A stretch of DNA of 64,000 bases from Candidatus Nitrotoga sp. LAW (GCA_003402315.1 QFXI01000003.1:702-64701), one strand, 5' to 3'. Shown: positions 49,011 through 61,863, counted from the stretch's first letter. The notes: generated by a model not told the origin, from the sequence alone. Program-made: numbers and translations.

Positions 49011-52000
49011 TTGAAATTGCGTCTTTCTCACGTCAAGATCGCTGGATTCAAATCCTTCGTTGATCCCACCCATATTGCGCTACCCGGGCAAGTCGTCGGC
49101 ATTGTCGGTCCGAATGGCTGCGGAAAATCGAACATTATTGACGCGTTACGCTGGGTGCTGGGCGAATCTCGCGCTTCAGCGCTGCGCGGTGAATCCATGC
49201 AAGATGTCATTTTCAACGGCTCCGGTAAGCGCAAACCGGTCTCACGCGCCAGCGTCGAGCTGATCTTCGATAACAGTTTGGGCAAGGCTGCCGGCCAATG
49301 GTCAAGCTACGCCGAAATCTCCATCAAGCGCGTGCTGCTGCGCGACGGTGATTCCAGTTACCATATCAACAATCAGCATGTGCGGCGCAAGGATATAACC
49401 GACATTTTTCTGGGCACTGGGCTAGGCGCACGGGCTTACGCCATTATCGAACAGGGCATGATTTCGCGCATCATTGAGGCTAAACCAGAAGAGCTGCGGG
49501 TGTTTCTGGAAGAGGCCGCAGGCGTATCCAAATACCGCGACCGCCGCCGCGAAACCGAACTTCGCATTGCCGATACGCACGACAACCTGCTACGCGTTGA
49601 TGACATCCTGCAAGAGTTAACCAAGCAACTTACCCATCTGACCGAACAAGCAGCGGTAGCCAGGCATTACCGCGAATTGGAATCGAAGCGCGACACCACG
49701 CAACAATTGCTGTGGCTGGTGAATAAACAGGAAGCCGAGACACGCCGGGGGCGCTTTGCCCACGGAATGGAGAAAACAAAAAATGAGCTGGAAGCCGAGA
49801 CTGCACGTCTGCGTGAAATGGAAAGCCAACTGGAATACACGCGCAGTGAACATTACGCGCAGGCTGATACGCTGCATGCCAAGCAGGGCGAGCTATATGC
49901 CGCCAATGCTGAAATTGCGCGGCTAGAGCAACAGATTGCCCATCTCAACGATCAACGCACGCGCCTGACCCAACAGGCAACCAATAGCAAGTTACAGGTC
50001 GAGCAGCAGCGCGTTCAGTTGCAAGGCGTGGAGTCTTTACTGGCACATTGGCAGCAACAACAACAAGAGGCAGACATCCGGGTTGAGAGTTGGGAAAGCC
50101 GCGCGAACGCCGAAGCACACCATCTGCCACAAGCGGAGGAAGCAGCGCGCGCCGAACGGGAGCGCCACAACACGATGCAACGCGAACAGCTGATCTCGCA
50201 GCAACAACTGCAACTGGCCGATACGCAACGTGAACATATCCAACGCAATGTGCAACAACTGGAAGCGCGCCGCTCGCGTTTGCTGCTGGAACGGAACAAC
50301 CTGCCACAGGTGGATAGTGAAGCGTTGGCTGAGACGCAGTCTCTATTTGTCGAGATGGAGATGGAACGCACCGCGCAACAGCAACAGTTGACACAACTTC
50401 AGGCGCAATTACCAGAGGCTGATTCGGCACGGCGCGACCAGCGCATCGCAATGCAGGAACTGGAACGGCAATTGTCGCAGGTGGAGGCGAGACTTTCCGC
50501 GTTGCAACAGCTTCAGAAACAGGTCGATAACGATAAAAATCTGAAACAGTGGTTATCCAAACACCAATTAGAGCAACTGCCGCGCCTGTGGCAATCCATC
50601 GGCATTGAGGCAGGCTGGGAAGATGCGTTGGAAGCCGTTTTGCGCGAACGTCTCAACGCGCTCGCCCTGCCCTACCTGGACAATGCTGCGCGTTGGAGTG
50701 ATGCGCCACCAGCGAGATTGGCTGTATTCGCAGCGGACGGAGCGCAAAATTTCAAAGCCCAACAAGATATTGGGCTAACCCCGCTGGGGCAGTTCGTAAG
50801 CTACCCGGATCCACAGACTGCGCCCGTGGTGACGGACTGGTTGTCTGGTGTGTATGTCACGGAAACGCTGGCACTAGGATTGAGTTTGCGTGAACGATTG
50901 CCTGCCGGCGCTTGGTTAGTGACGCCGCAAGGACATCTGATTGGCGCGCATAGCGTGCTGTTCCATGCTCCGGACAACCAGGTGCATGGCGTGCTGGCGC
51001 GGAAACGTGAAATTGAGCGATTGCAGGAGGCAGCACAGCAACAGGCAACGTCATTGGATCATGGCAAACATCAGGCGGCACTAGTAGAGGAAACTTATCA
51101 CGCTATCGAAAGCCGCATCGCGCTCTTGCGCACGGCAGACAGCGAATTGCAACAACGCCAACATGGAATACAGGTACAGATTCTAAAATTAACCCAAGCC
51201 AACGAACGCAGCCACGAGCGCGCCGTGCAGATCGCGCGCGAATTGCAGGAGCTGGCCGAACAGTCTGCTGAAGAGCAGTACCAGCATCAGGAAATCGCTG
51301 ATCGTATGGACATTCTGCGTGTAAGCATTGCGGCACAGCAGGTAGAGGTTGAGCAGGTAAGGCTGCAAGCTGCCACTCAGGAATCTATGTTACGCCAACA
51401 GCGCGAACGCTCGCAAAAAACGCAGCACGAATTGCAAGAAGCCCGCTTTTATGTCAAGACGTGCACAGAAAAAATCGCCGATCTAAAACACAATATTAAA
51501 CAGATCGGGTTGACGCTGGCGCAGTTGGAACAAACTTTAATACAAAATCATGTTGAGTTAGACCGTATAGAAGATGGCACTAGCAAGCAACAATTGCAGG
51601 AGGCACTGCAACAGCGTCAGACGCGTGAACAGGCGCTGGCCGAAGCACGCAACATACTGGAACAAACCACTAACAACCTGAACAAACTGGAACAAGAGCG
51701 CCTGTCCTGCGAACAAAAATTACATCCCCTGCGTGAGAAACTCAGCGAATTGTCGCTCAAGGAACAGGAAGCACGTCTGCAATATGAACAATGGGCAGAG
51801 CAATTGCAGGATGTGGATGAAACAACACTGCTCTCTTTGTTGGAAAGCGGCAATATCAAGCTGAATGCGTTACAGAACGAATTAAATCGCCTGAACAGCG
51901 ACATAACTGGATTGGGCTCGGTGAATCTGGCGGCGCTCGAGGAATTAAATACGGCACAGGAACGCAAAACCTATCTGGATGCTCAAGCGAAAGATTTGAC

Positions 52001-52541
52001 CGAGGCGATGGACACGCTAAGAGGGGCAATACGCCGCATTGACAAGGAATCGCGTGACTTATTGATGGCCACTTACAATGAAGTAAATCGCCATCTAGCA
52101 GAAATGTTCCCAGTGCTGTTTGGCGGTGGCGAGGCACGTCTGGTGCTAACTGGCGATGAAATACTGGATAGCGGCGTGCAGGTGATGGCACAACCACCGG
52201 GCAAAAAAAATGCCTCAATTCACTTATTATCTGGTGGCGAAAAAGCGTTAACTGCGATTGCGCTGGTGTTTTCGATGTTCCAGCTTAACCCCGCCCCTTT
52301 CTGCTTGTTGGACGAGGTAGATGCACCACTGGATGACACCAACACCGAACGCTTGTGCAAGCTGATTCAGAAAATGGCTCAGCACACCCAATTCATCTTC
52401 ATCAGCCACAACAAAATCACCATGGAGTTGGCGCAGCAATTGGTAGGTGTAACCATGCAGGAACGGGGCGTATCGCATGTGGTGGCAGTGGACATTGAGG
52501 AGGCACTGCGCCTGCGTGACGACAGTACAATAGCCGCATAG
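49011..52541 (+). CDS. smc: Chromosome segregation protein SMC
   Basis: 1176 aa with N-terminal GPNGCGKSN, long coiled coils, a hinge, and C-terminal [13 protein letters not shown] and LDEVDAPLD motifs. It starts on TTG at 49011, or at 49017 to give [14 protein letters not shown]. Confidence 0.95.
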   Translation: MKLRLSHVKIAGFKSFVDPTHIALPGQVVGIVGPNGCGKSNIIDALRWVLGESRASALRGESMQDVIFNGSGKRKPVSRASVELIFDNSLGKAAGQWSSYAEISIKRVLLRDGDSSYHINNQHVRRKDITDIFLGTGLGARAYAIIEQGMISRIIEAKPEELRVFLEEAAGVSKYRDRRRETELRIADTHDNLLRVDDILQELTKQLTHLTEQAAVARHYRELESKRDTTQQLLWLVNKQEAETRRGRFAHGMEKTKNELEAETARLREMESQLEYTRSEHYAQADTLHAKQGELYAANAEIARLEQQIAHLNDQRTRLTQQATNSKLQVEQQRVQLQGVESLLAHWQQQQQEADIRVESWESRANAEAHHLPQAEEAARAERERHNTMQREQLISQQQLQLADTQREHIQRNVQQLEARRSRLLLERNNLPQVDSEALAETQSLFVEMEMERTAQQQQLTQLQAQLPEADSARRDQRIAMQELERQLSQVEARLSALQQLQKQVDNDKNLKQWLSKHQLEQLPRLWQSIGIEAGWEDALEAVLRERLNALALPYLDNAARWSDAPPARLAVFAADGAQNFKAQQDIGLTPLGQFVSYPDPQTAPVVTDWLSGVYVTETLALGLSLRERLPAGAWLVTPQGHLIGAHSVLFHAPDNQVHGVLARKREIERLQEAAQQQATSLDHGKHQAALVEETYHAIESRIALLRTADSELQQRQHGIQVQILKLTQANERSHERAVQIARELQELAEQSAEEQYQHQEIADRMDILRVSIAAQQVEVEQVRLQAATQESMLRQQRERSQKTQHELQEARFYVKTCTEKIADLKHNIKQIGLTLAQLEQTLIQNHVELDRIEDGTSKQQLQEALQQRQTREQALAEARNILEQTTNNLNKLEQERLSCEQKLHPLREKLSELSLKEQEARLQYEQWAEQLQDVDETTLLSLLESGNIKLNALQNELNRLNSDITGLGSVNLAALEELNTAQERKTYLDAQAKDLTEAMDTLRGAIRRIDKESRDLLMATYNEVNRHLAEMFPVLFGGGEARLVLTGDEILDSGVQVMAQPPGKKNASIHLLSGGEKALTAIALVFSMFQLNPAPFCLLDEVDAPLDDTNTERLCKLIQKMAQHTQFIFISHNKITMELAQQLVGVTMQERGVSHVVAVDIEEALRLRDDSTIAA

Positions 52542-52630
52542 CAATGCTTAATGCGCTACCTGACAGTCTTAGATATACATTCGCTATGTTGCCGTAAAAT
52601 TTTTCTCAAACTCTCTTTACGTACATAAGG

Positions 52631-53530
52631 TTAACCACGCCGCGTATTTCGCCCACGAGTAACGGCGGCGCTTTCCATCCATTTCTTGATGCGGTTGGCA
52701 TCGCCAACGCGCGTATTTTTTCCTTGTGAATCCAACAACACAATGATTACTGGACGTTGCATAATGTGGGCATGCATTACTAAACAGCGCCCCGCTTCAT
52801 TGATATAACCAGTTTTACTTACACCGATATTCCAAGATGCACTTTTCACCAATGGATTAGTATTTCCAAAGCGCAACGGAGGGAATCCAGGCACCGCAAC
52901 CAAATGTGACGCCGTAGTACTGTACTTATGGATGAGCTCATAATGTTGTGCCGCAATCAACATTTTTACCAAGTCTTGAGCAGTGGAGGTATTGCCACTA
53001 TTTAAACCAGTCGCATCACGAAAATGGGTTTTCGTCATACCCAGCTCGAGCGCTTTGGCATTCATCATCGCCACGGCTGCACTGGTACCCCCCGGATAAG
53101 TACGCGCTAAAGCTGCGGCCGCCCGATTCTCCGAGGACATTAATGCCAGATTGAGCAATTCACCACGTGTCAGCGTCATACCGATGCGCATACGCGAATG
53201 ACTACCTTTGAGAATATCAAAATCAAATACACTAATAGTAATTTTTTCTTCCAACGGTAATTCTGCGTCCAACACTACGATTGCAGTCATCAGCTTGGTG
53301 ATGGATGCAATAGGTACGACAGCATTTGCATTCTTGCTATATAGGGGGCGTTGCTCTTGTTCATCGTAAATCATCGCGATTGACGAACCCAGCTTCGGCG
53401 AAGAAGTGTATTTCATTACCGTCGATGCCAGATCGTCGACCTGTTTTTGGGTAATGGCTTTATTAGGTGCAGCCTGCGCTACCAGTACGGGCGCTAAAAG
53501 CAACACCAGCATAATAAGTTTTTTGCACAT
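52631..53530 (-). CDS. pbpG: D-alanyl-D-alanine endopeptidase/carboxypeptidase (S11, PBP7/PbpG-like)
   Basis: Signal peptide from the ATG at 53530. SITK, SSEN (SxN) and KTG motifs are present. Confidence 0.85.
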   Translation of the reverse strand: MCKKLIMLVLLLAPVLVAQAAPNKAITQKQVDDLASTVMKYTSSPKLGSSIAMIYDEQEQRPLYSKNANAVVPIASITKLMTAIVVLDAELPLEEKITISVFDFDILKGSHSRMRIGMTLTRGELLNLALMSSENRAAAALARTYPGGTSAAVAMMNAKALELGMTKTHFRDATGLNSGNTSTAQDLVKMLIAAQHYELIHKYSTTASHLVAVPGFPPLRFGNTNPLVKSASWNIGVSKTGYINEAGRCLVMHAHIMQRPVIIVLLDSQGKNTRVGDANRIKKWMESAAVTRGRNTRRG

Positions 53531-53715
53531 ATCTTCAAATCCATCGAGAAAAACTATTAAGCGGAGCATACCGCAACATGGAGATAAATCAAAGGTGTTG
53601 GTTCTTTCAATATCCAATCAGCCTGAAGCTAGATAATATTTCCTACGATAAATAGGGTTTAGCAGCTGAAGTTCTGAATCAGCCACAAAAGGCGATTGCC
53701 ACGCCTGAATGCAAA

Positions 53716-54942
53716 TTAAACAGTAGAATCCAACTGATTCTTAGGCAACACCACTATCCTTAACTTCCACAATATCAACAATAATCCCAGTAGTGCCGCT
53801 ACGGCGCTAAATGAGTACATCACGCTTGCGCCCCAGTGTTCCCATAGCGAGCCGCTCAATAATCCACCTACCATGCCGCCAGCGCCGTAAGTAATGCTAC
53901 CAAACAGTGCCTGCCCCTTGGACTGGTGCCGCCCGCGAAAAAACTGATGTACCAACGCCATAGCCACTGCATGGAAAGCACCGAAAGTAGCGGCATGTAA
54001 TACTTGCGCAAACAACATCAACGACAGCAAGCCCACTCCCCAACCAATCAGAACAAAACGCAGCACTGCACAGGCAAAACTTACAATCATTATTTGCGAC
54101 AGTGTAAAGCGCAACATTAGCCATGGCATGACAAAAAATACTGCGATTTCACAGATTACACCTAGCGCCCACAGCCAACCAACTGCGCTTTTCGAATAAC
54201 CATTCTCCACCAGATAAATCGAATAGAAAGTGTAATAAGGCCCATGCGCTAAAGCCATCAGGAAACATGCGCCAAACAACACCAGCACTTGCGGTTGCAA
54301 TACTAAACGCAGGATGGGCTGGCTGTCGGTATGGTGCGCCAATACTTCGGTGGGTGGGATTTGACGCGCGAACAGCAAAATACCTAGTTTTATCGCCACG
54401 CCTACCCACAATATCCAGACGATAGCAATGTAGTCAAACGCGTAGCCCAGCCCCAATACCGCCACAATAAAGCCAACCGAACCCCAAGAACGAATACGTC
54501 CGTAGCGCGCCGTATGCTTACCCAGATAGGTCAGCGTAGTTGCCTCCACTAGCGGCATGGAAGCACTCCAGAAAAAGCTCATGACCATCATCACCAGCAG
54601 CAAGCCGACGAATTCAGTCGTGAAGAATACTCCCAAGTAACTGATGACGCTGCATAGCGCCGCTAGTTGTACCACCAACAAACGTTGCCCAGTATGGTCG
54701 GCCAACCAGCCCCATAGTGTAGGGGACAACATCCGCATCACTGGCTGCACCGACATTAAAACGGCAATTTGCATTGCATCGAAATGGATAGATTTCAGAT
54801 ACAAACTCCAGTACGGCGCGAACATGCCCACAAAAGCGAAGTAAAAGAAATAAAAGCCGGCGATACGCCAGTGGTAGTTTTTATGGAAGGTCACAGCAAC
54901 AAAAATAGGGTTAAACCTGCGGCCAGCGTCCGCAAAAGCCAA
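53716..54942 (-). CDS. MFS transporter (MFS_1_like / HcaT-like family)
   Basis: 12-TM-type hydrophobic profile with the N-terminal block [25 protein letters not shown]. There is no ATG near the N-terminus. The start is probably TTG at 54942 or GTG at 54894. Confidence 0.75.
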   Translation of the reverse strand: MAFADAGRRFNPIFVAVTFHKNYHWRIAGFYFFYFAFVGMFAPYWSLYLKSIHFDAMQIAVLMSVQPVMRMLSPTLWGWLADHTGQRLLVVQLAALCSVISYLGVFFTTEFVGLLLVMMVMSFFWSASMPLVEATTLTYLGKHTARYGRIRSWGSVGFIVAVLGLGYAFDYIAIVWILWVGVAIKLGILLFARQIPPTEVLAHHTDSQPILRLVLQPQVLVLFGACFLMALAHGPYYTFYSIYLVENGYSKSAVGWLWALGVICEIAVFFVMPWLMLRFTLSQIMIVSFACAVLRFVLIGWGVGLLSLMLFAQVLHAATFGAFHAVAMALVHQFFRGRHQSKGQALFGSITYGAGGMVGGLLSGSLWEHWGASVMYSFSAVAALLGLLLILWKLRIVVLPKNQLDSTV

Positions 54943-54978
54943 TTATCTCACGTGAATAAAATAATATTGCGCAATGCT

Positions 54979-55004
54979 CTTGAAATCAAAAAAGTCGACC
55001 CCAT
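54979..55004 (+). promoter_or_regulatory. Sigma-32 (RpoH)-type heat-shock promoter for grpE
   Basis: CTTGAAA (54979-54985), a 13-nt spacer, then CCCCATTT (from 54999). This matches the consensus CTTGAAA-N13-15-CCCCATNT and lies 44 bp upstream of the grpE ATG. Confidence 0.6.
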
Positions 55005-55047
55005 TTTCACGTTACACATTTTTGAAAAACCATTTTTGGAGAAGCAG

Positions 55048-55584
55048 ATGGAACCCACAGAAGCCTCATCCCAACAGCCTGGGCAGGCTAGCCAAGCTGG
55101 AGATACGCATAACCCAGAGGTTATGCCAAGTATTGAAGAGATGCTGCAGCAAGCCGAGCGAAAGGCACAGGAACACTATGACGCTTGGATGTACGCCAAG
55201 GCAGAAGGCGAGAATATTCGCCGTCGCGCGCAAGAAGACGTTAGCAAAGCCAAAAAATTGGCTGTGGAACATTTTTCCAATGAAATGTTGATGGTAAAGG
55301 ATAGCTTGGAAGCTGGGTTAGCTGTTGAAACGGCCACGGTAGAAAGCTTCAAGAGCGGCATGGAACTCACTCTAAAGCAGCTCGCTGCTGTATTCACTAA
55401 ATTTAATATCAAAGATATTAATCCGCTCGGCGAAAAATTCGACGCCCACAAACACCAAGCCATCAGTATGGTTGACAGTGAACAAGAAGCCAATACGGTA
55501 GTGAGCGTCATGCAGAAGGGTTATCAGCTGCACGATCGGATATTGCGTCCCGCATTGGTAATGGTGGCCAAGGCCAAAGAATAG
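55048..55584 (+). CDS. grpE: Nucleotide exchange factor GrpE
   Basis: GrpE core ([16 protein letters not shown]..., ...FDAHKHQAI...[23 protein letters not shown]). The ATG at 55048 follows GGAGAAG. The track ORF runs back to 54769 across the promoter. Confidence 0.93.
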   Translation: MEPTEASSQQPGQASQAGDTHNPEVMPSIEEMLQQAERKAQEHYDAWMYAKAEGENIRRRAQEDVSKAKKLAVEHFSNEMLMVKDSLEAGLAVETATVESFKSGMELTLKQLAAVFTKFNIKDINPLGEKFDAHKHQAISMVDSEQEANTVVSVMQKGYQLHDRILRPALVMVAKAKE

Positions 55585-55664
55585 CGACCTTGTAACCGAG
55601 TGGCAATCCACTGCTTCTTAAAAATTATATTTTTGCGTAGTTTTGCGAAAAATTGATCGTAACA

Positions 55665-55693
55665 CTTGAAATACACATCTGCTGCCCACAGAT
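55665..55693 (+). promoter_or_regulatory. Possible sigma-32-type promoter for dnaK
   Basis: CTTGAAA (55665-55671), a 13-nt spacer, then CCCACAGAT (from 55685). The -10 is imperfect. Confidence 0.45.
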
Positions 55694-55746
55694 TAATGCA
55701 ACACAGGCAGCAAAGACTTTCAACATTACAACGAAAAGGAAACATT

Positions 55747-57690
55747 ATGGGCAAGATTATTGGTATTGACTTGGGCACCACGAACTCGTGTGTTGCTGTC
55801 ATGGAAAACGGCAAACCTAAGGTAATTGAGAACGCCGAGGGTACGCGTACCACGCCGTCCATTATCGCTTACATGGAAGACGGCGAAGTACTCATTGGCG
55901 CGCCGGCCAAGCGGCAAGCAGTGACCAACCCAAAAAACACGCTGTATGGTGTAAAGCGGCTGATCGGACGCCGTTTTGAAGAGCCAATGGTGCAGAAGGA
56001 TATGGGCATGGTGCCGTATGGCATCGTTAAGGCCAAGAACGGCGATGCATGGGTTAAGGTTCGTGACAAAGACATTTCCATTCCGGAAATTTCCGCGCAA
56101 GTGCTCATGAAAATGAAAAAAACTGCCGAGGATTATCTAGGTGAATCGGTTAGTGAAGCTGTTATCACTGTGCCTGCCTATTTTAACGATAGTCAACGCC
56201 AAGCCACTAAGGACGCGGGACGCATTGCCGGTTTAGAAGTAAAGCGCATCATTAATGAGCCCACTGCGGCTGCACTGGCATTTGGTATGGATAAGCAGGA
56301 AGGTGACCGCAAGATCGCAGTTTATGACTTGGGCGGTGGTACTTTCGATATTTCTATTATCGATATCGCTGAAATTGACGGTGAACACCAGTTCGAAGTG
56401 CTCTCCACTAACGGCGACACCTTCCTGGGCGGTGAAGATTTCGACATGCGCGTAATTGAATTCCTGGTAGAAGAATTCAAGAAAGAAAGCGGTATCGACC
56501 TAAAGAAAGATATGTTAGCTCTGCAGCGCCTGAAAGACGCAGCAGAAAAAGCTAAAATTGAACTGTCTTCCGCACAGCAAACTGAGGTGAATCTGCCTTA
56601 CATCACGGCAGATGCCAGCGGTCCAAAACATCTGGCCATCAAGATTACCCGCGCCAAGCTTGAAAGCCTGGTGGAAGAACTAGTCGCGCGTACCATAGCC
56701 CCCTGTAAGATTGCCATGAAAGATGCGGGTGTTTCCAGCGCCGACATCTCCGACGTGATTCTGGTAGGTGGACAAACGCGGATGCCGATGGTGCAGGATA
56801 AAGTCAAGGAGTTCTTTGGCAGGGAAGCGCGCCGCGACGTCAATCCAGACGAAGCAGTGGCAGTGGGCGCGGCCATTCAGGGTGGTGTGCTGCAAGGTGA
56901 GGTTAAAGATGTCCTGCTGCTGGATGTAACCCCACTCAGCCTGGGTATTGAAACCTTGGGCGGCGTAATGACCAAACTGATCAAGAAAAATACCACCATC
57001 CCAACCAAGGCCTCGCAAGTATTTTCTACCGCCGATGACAATCAAAATGCAGTAACCATCCACGTGCTGCAAGGTGAGCGCGAAGTTGTTTCTGGAAATA
57101 AGAGCTTGGGGCAATTTAACCTCTCCGACATTCCGCCTGCACCACGGGGCATGCCGCAGATTGAAGTAACCTTCGACATTGACGCCAACGGAATTCTGCA
57201 TGTAGGCGCAAAAGATAAAGCGACCGGTAAAGAATCCAAAATTACCATCAAGGCCAATTCCGGTTTATCTGAAGCCGAAATTCAAAAAATGGTGCAGGAT
57301 GCAGAAACGTATGCCGACGACGACCGCAAGGCAATCGAATTGGTTACATCGCGTAATCAGCTGGATGCATTGATTCACTCTACGCAAAAATCCATGAAGG
57401 AGTACGGCGAGCAACTGAGTGAAGATGAGAAAACTGCGGTGGAGTCCGCTTTGAAAGAAGCTCAGGATGTAGTGAAAGGCGACGACAAGGACATTATAGA
57501 CGCCAAAGCTGAAGCACTCTCCACCGCTGCGCAAAAACTGTCAGAAAAAATGCACGCCGCTGAAGCTAGCCAGTCCCACCAGCCTGGTGAATCTGGCGCG
57601 CAAACTGACAGCAAGAAAGATGACAGTGATGTCGTAGATGCCGAGTTCACCGAAGTAAAAGATGAAAAAGTAAAAGACGATAAGAAGTAA
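55747..57690 (+). CDS. dnaK: Molecular chaperone DnaK (Hsp70)
   Basis: Starts [18 protein letters not shown], and the full Hsp70 sequence is present. The track ORF begins upstream at 55666. Confidence 0.98.
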   Translation: MGKIIGIDLGTTNSCVAVMENGKPKVIENAEGTRTTPSIIAYMEDGEVLIGAPAKRQAVTNPKNTLYGVKRLIGRRFEEPMVQKDMGMVPYGIVKAKNGDAWVKVRDKDISIPEISAQVLMKMKKTAEDYLGESVSEAVITVPAYFNDSQRQATKDAGRIAGLEVKRIINEPTAAALAFGMDKQEGDRKIAVYDLGGGTFDISIIDIAEIDGEHQFEVLSTNGDTFLGGEDFDMRVIEFLVEEFKKESGIDLKKDMLALQRLKDAAEKAKIELSSAQQTEVNLPYITADASGPKHLAIKITRAKLESLVEELVARTIAPCKIAMKDAGVSSADISDVILVGGQTRMPMVQDKVKEFFGREARRDVNPDEAVAVGAAIQGGVLQGEVKDVLLLDVTPLSLGIETLGGVMTKLIKKNTTIPTKASQVFSTADDNQNAVTIHVLQGEREVVSGNKSLGQFNLSDIPPAPRGMPQIEVTFDIDANGILHVGAKDKATGKESKITIKANSGLSEAEIQKMVQDAETYADDDRKAIELVTSRNQLDALIHSTQKSMKEYGEQLSEDEKTAVESALKEAQDVVKGDDKDIIDAKAEALSTAAQKLSEKMHAAEASQSHQPGESGAQTDSKKDDSDVVDAEFTEVKDEKVKDDKK

Positions 57691-58020
57691 TATAAAACGG
57701 AACGGGAGATGTCTGAAAGACAATCGCTGCAACTTCGAAAATCTACGCGACATCTCTCTTGCCTTACCAAAAAATTATGATTAATTCAGCCTAATACAGC
57801 GATCTCCACTCTTGGTTATCGCTGTTATTGGTTCACTGTTGGAATTGAACAAATTAAGCATACTCGCCAGTCTAAATTTATCGAAAAAAATGATAAAAGA
57901 CTGAAGATAAAGGACTGAACAAAAAATAGATGCTATTTCTGGATTTATTAAGCTAATTCAATATTTAGAGACTCATTACATAAATTTTAACTCCTTAACC
58001 CCTTTTCGCTTCATGCAAAA

Positions 58021-59151
58021 ATGAAAAAACGTGACTATTACGAAATATTAGGCGTCAACCGTGACGCGTCAGAAGATGACATAAAGAAATCTTATCGCAA
58101 GCTGGCGATGAAGCACCATCCTGACCGTAATCCAGACAACCCCAAGGCTGAAGAGCTCTTCAAAGAGGCCAAAGAAGCGTACGAGGTACTATCCGATTCG
58201 CAGAAACGCGCGGGTTATGACCAGTTTGGGCACGCCGCTGCCGATGCCGGCATGGGCTCGGGAGGATTCAGTGGCGGCTCAGCCGGCTCCCATTTCGGCG
58301 ACATTTTCGGCGACATTTTTGGCGCCGGAATGAGCGGGGCAAGCTCACGCGGACACAACCAAATGCACCGCGGTGCCGATCTGAGCTACAATTTAGAAGT
58401 TACGTTGGAACAGGCAGCACGCGGTACCGAAACGCAAATTCGCATACCGACCATGACCAAGTGTGATACCTGCCATGGCAGCGGTGCCAAGCCAGGCACG
58501 AGCACAACTACCTGTACCACCTGCGGCGGGCACGGGCAAGTACGCATGCAACAGGGAGGATTCTTTTCTATCCAGCAAACCTGTCCACGCTGCCATGGAA
58601 GCGGCAAATCCATTATATCGCCGTGCGGCTCTTGCCACGGCTCAGGTCGCATCAAGCAGCATAAGACACTATCTATAAAAATTCCGGTCGGGGTTGACAA
58701 CGATGACCGCATCCGTCTATCCGGCGAAGGAGAACTTGGCAGCAACGGAGGTCCACCTGGCGATTTGTATGTGGTCATCCGTATCACACCGCACTCGGTA
58801 TTCCAGCGCGACCACAACGATTTGCATTGCGAAATGCCGATCAGCTTTGTTGTTGCGGCGCTGGGTGGCGAAATCGAAATCCCCACTCTGGATGGTTCCG
58901 CGCGCATCAAAATTCCACCTGAAACGCAATCCGGTAAAGTCTTCCGTCTTCGCGGCAAGGGAATCAAAGGGGTGCGCAGTTCGACCTTTGGCGACCTCCA
59001 CTGCCACGTGATGATAGAAACCCCAGCCAATCTCACTGATCGGCAAAAAGAATTGCTACGCGAATTCGAGCAAATAAACGAAGAAGATAGCGCACACCAT
59101 AGCCCACGCGCGAAATCCTGGATGAACAAGGTTAAGGAATTCTTTGGATAG
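58021..59151 (+). CDS. dnaJ: Molecular chaperone DnaJ
   Basis: J-domain with HPD, a G/F-rich region and four CxxCxGxG zinc motifs. Confidence 0.97.
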   Translation: MKKRDYYEILGVNRDASEDDIKKSYRKLAMKHHPDRNPDNPKAEELFKEAKEAYEVLSDSQKRAGYDQFGHAAADAGMGSGGFSGGSAGSHFGDIFGDIFGAGMSGASSRGHNQMHRGADLSYNLEVTLEQAARGTETQIRIPTMTKCDTCHGSGAKPGTSTTTCTTCGGHGQVRMQQGGFFSIQQTCPRCHGSGKSIISPCGSCHGSGRIKQHKTLSIKIPVGVDNDDRIRLSGEGELGSNGGPPGDLYVVIRITPHSVFQRDHNDLHCEMPISFVVAALGGEIEIPTLDGSARIKIPPETQSGKVFRLRGKGIKGVRSSTFGDLHCHVMIETPANLTDRQKELLREFEQINEEDSAHHSPRAKSWMNKVKEFFG

Positions 59152-59203
59152 ATAAGTGAGTTTGCCTTAGAATATTTTGAATAGGCGATATTGCCGATAA
59201 ATT

Positions 59204-61105
59204 TTATCGGCTCTCCAACTCTTCCCAGCGCGCCATTAGTTGCAACAACTCATCCTCGATAATAGCGGTGCGTTCCTGTAGCTGTTTGGCGTGCGTGGGA
59301 TTGTCACGGTAGAGATTGCCCGCGCCCAAAGTAGCCGCAAGTTCTTCCTGCTCTTGTTCCAGGGACGCGATTCGTTGCGGAATCTGCTCTAGCTCACGCG
59401 CTTCTTTGAAGCTCAACTTGGTGGCAGGTTTGGATTTAGCTTCCGTCTGCAGCAATGGCTTGGCAGGAACAGCTGTACTTACGGGCGCCCGCTGCACGGC
59501 CTGCTGCTTCTTTACGCGCACCCAATCTTCGTAGCCGCCGACGTATTCTATCAATTTGCCATCCCCCTCAAAGGCGATGACCTGAGTCACCACGTTGTCG
59601 AGAAAAGCACGATCGTGGCTGACCAAAAACAGCGTGCCATCGTAATCGGCGAGCAAGTCTTCCAGCAGTTCCATTGTTTCAATATCGAGGTCATTGGTCG
59701 GTTCGTCTAGTACCAGCACATTAGCTGGCCGGCTAAACAAACGCGCTAGCAGCAGGCGGTTGCGTTCACCGCCGGACAAACTTTTTACCGGTGAGCGGGC
59801 ACGTTCCGGCGCGAATAAAAAGTCGCCGAGATAACTAATGATGTGCTTGCGTACGCCGCCAATTTCAATGAAATCAGCCCCCTGGCTGATAGTGTCGGCT
59901 AGCGTGGCCTCTTCATTCAATTGCGCACGCAATTGATCGAAATAGGCCACTGCCAACTTGGTGCCTAGATGTACCTTGCCGCTATCCGGGGCTAATTCGC
60001 CCAAGATGATTTTGAGCAACGTGCTCTTACCAGAGCCGTTTGGTCCCAACAAGCCAATCTTGTCACCGCGCTGAATGCGGCAGGAGAAATCTTTAATGAT
60101 TTGCCTATCACCGAATGATTTGCTGATGTGCGACAGTTCCGCCACCAGCTTGCCGGATCGGTCGCCCGCCTCTAGACTCATTTCAACTTTGCCCACACGC
60201 TCACGCCGCGCACTGCGCTCGCGCCGCAACTGCTCCAGCCGTCGTACGCGCCCTTCATTGCGTACCCCCCGCGCTTTGATGCCTTGACGTATCCATACTT
60301 CTTCTTGCGCCAGTACCTTGTCGAACTTGGCGTTGAGCACCGTTTCGTCCTGCAACATCTGCTCCTTGAAACGCAGGTAAGCCGCAAAATTTCCGGGAAA
60401 ACTGGCAAGATTGCCGCGATCTAATTCGACTATTCGGGTAGTGACATTATCCAAAAAACGCCGATCGTGGGTCACAAACAACACGCTGCCACGAAAGCTG
60501 TTAAGTAAGCCTTCCAACCATTCAATGGATGAGAAATCAAGATGGTTGGTGGGTTCATCCAGGATTAACACATCCGGCTCAGCCACCAACGCTTGCGCCA
60601 GTGCCACGCGTTTACGCACGCCACCGGAGAGATCTTCCACACGACTGTCGGCATTCAGCTCCAGACGTTGAATGGCGGTCTCAATGCGCGCCTGCACCGC
60701 CCACCCATTTTGCGCTTCAAGCTTTGTTTGCAGCGGTTGCATTGCCTCCAGCAAACTATCGTAATCGGCATCCGGTTCGGCAAGCTGATGCGACAAATGA
60801 TGGTAATCGGTAATAATTTGTTGTAGCTCGCCCAGCCCGCGCGCAACTTCGTCGAACACGGTCGCTTCGACATCTAATTCTGGTTCCTGGCTCACATAAC
60901 AGATACGCACACCGGGTGCACGCCATACGAGGCCATCATCTAACACAGCCTGTCCGGCCAGCACTTTTAACATACTGGACTTACCGCCGCCGTTGCGCCC
61001 GATCAAGCCGACGCGCTCACCTTCGTCCAGTTGGAAATTAACATGATCAAGCAATGGTACATGGCCGTAAGCAAGCGCGGCCTTATCAAGAGTAATGTAT
61101 GGCAT
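59204..61105 (-). CDS. uup: ABC-F family ATPase (Uup-like)
   Basis: Two ABC cassettes (GRNGGGKSS, GPNGSGKST; LSGG signatures), no TM domain, and a C-terminal coiled coil. Confidence 0.9.
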   Translation of the reverse strand: MPYITLDKAALAYGHVPLLDHVNFQLDEGERVGLIGRNGGGKSSMLKVLAGQAVLDDGLVWRAPGVRICYVSQEPELDVEATVFDEVARGLGELQQIITDYHHLSHQLAEPDADYDSLLEAMQPLQTKLEAQNGWAVQARIETAIQRLELNADSRVEDLSGGVRKRVALAQALVAEPDVLILDEPTNHLDFSSIEWLEGLLNSFRGSVLFVTHDRRFLDNVTTRIVELDRGNLASFPGNFAAYLRFKEQMLQDETVLNAKFDKVLAQEEVWIRQGIKARGVRNEGRVRRLEQLRRERSARRERVGKVEMSLEAGDRSGKLVAELSHISKSFGDRQIIKDFSCRIQRGDKIGLLGPNGSGKSTLLKIILGELAPDSGKVHLGTKLAVAYFDQLRAQLNEEATLADTISQGADFIEIGGVRKHIISYLGDFLFAPERARSPVKSLSGGERNRLLLARLFSRPANVLVLDEPTNDLDIETMELLEDLLADYDGTLFLVSHDRAFLDNVVTQVIAFEGDGKLIEYVGGYEDWVRVKKQQAVQRAPVSTAVPAKPLLQTEAKSKPATKLSFKEARELEQIPQRIASLEQEQEELAATLGAGNLYRDNPTHAKQLQERTAIIEDELLQLMARWEELESR

Positions 61106-61272
61106 CAGGTATTATATTTTTAATTAACAAAAAGGAATTGATGGATAAACGAAAAACGCATCGACCATAGCGCAATAGGAAAAATATTAGCGCACAACAA
61201 AATTTGGCAACCGCGAGGGAATTACGACAAAAACGAATAACGTTGCAGCCAAAATATTGCTGACAAGATTTT

Positions 61273-61863
61273 TCATTCTTTTCCAGCAGCCAATAATTTA
61301 TTCAAATCCTCAATAATTTCTTTTGAATGACGGGACGTTTCTACCTTGTCATACACCTTGCTAATTTTACCTTGCGGGTCAATCAAAAAAGTGTATCGTC
61401 GCGCCAACTTCAATATCCCAAGATTTCGTAGCACGCCATAACGCGTGGTCACCTCAGCCCCCTTGTCCGCCAGCAGCGGAAAGGGAAGAGAGTATTTTTT
61501 GGCAAAGTCGGCATGACTCTTGCTGTCGTCCACACTGATACCCACCACCTGAGCACCGAGTCCAGTTAACTGATTTAGATCGTCACGAAAGTTGCATGCC
61601 TGCTCAGTACAGCCTGGCGTATCATCCTTCGGGTAAAAATACAGCACTAACCACTTACCTTGAAAATTCGCCAAGGTATAAATCTTTCCATTCTGGTCTG
61701 GTAAATTAAAATTCGGCGCGGTTTCTCCAATTTTCGGTACTTCGCCCGCACGTGCCAACTGGCTTGCTATCAGCAATGCTAATATGCTCAACATACCAAA
61801 TATTATTAATGTCTTAATATTGTTCTCCCCATGTTTAATTTTCAGGAAAAATTTCGAAGCCAC
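61273..61863 (-). CDS. bcp: Bcp-type peroxiredoxin (thiol peroxidase) with N-terminal signal/anchor
   Basis: PKDDTPGCTEQAC active-site motif in an AhpC/TSA fold. The exact start is uncertain. Confidence 0.8.
   Translation of the reverse strand: MASKFFLKIKHGENNIKTLIIFGMLSILALLIASQLARAGEVPKIGETAPNFNLPDQNGKIYTLANFQGKWLVLYFYPKDDTPGCTEQACNFRDDLNQLTGLGAQVVGISVDDSKSHADFAKKYSLPFPLLADKGAEVTTRYGVLRNLGILKLARRYTFLIDPQGKISKVYDKVETSRHSKEIIEDLNKLLAAGKE

Noticed and set aside
54769-55047. Upstream extension of the grpE ORF.
   Set aside because: It runs antisense through the 5' end of the MFS gene and across the sigma-32 promoter. The GrpE homology and SD begin at 55048.
59192-59211. Palindrome GCCGATAAATTTTATCGGC spanning the uup stop codon, between convergent dnaJ and uup.
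   Set aside because: It could act as a bidirectional terminator, but the stem is AT-rich, has a minimal loop and lacks a clear T-tract. It is not reported as a feature.
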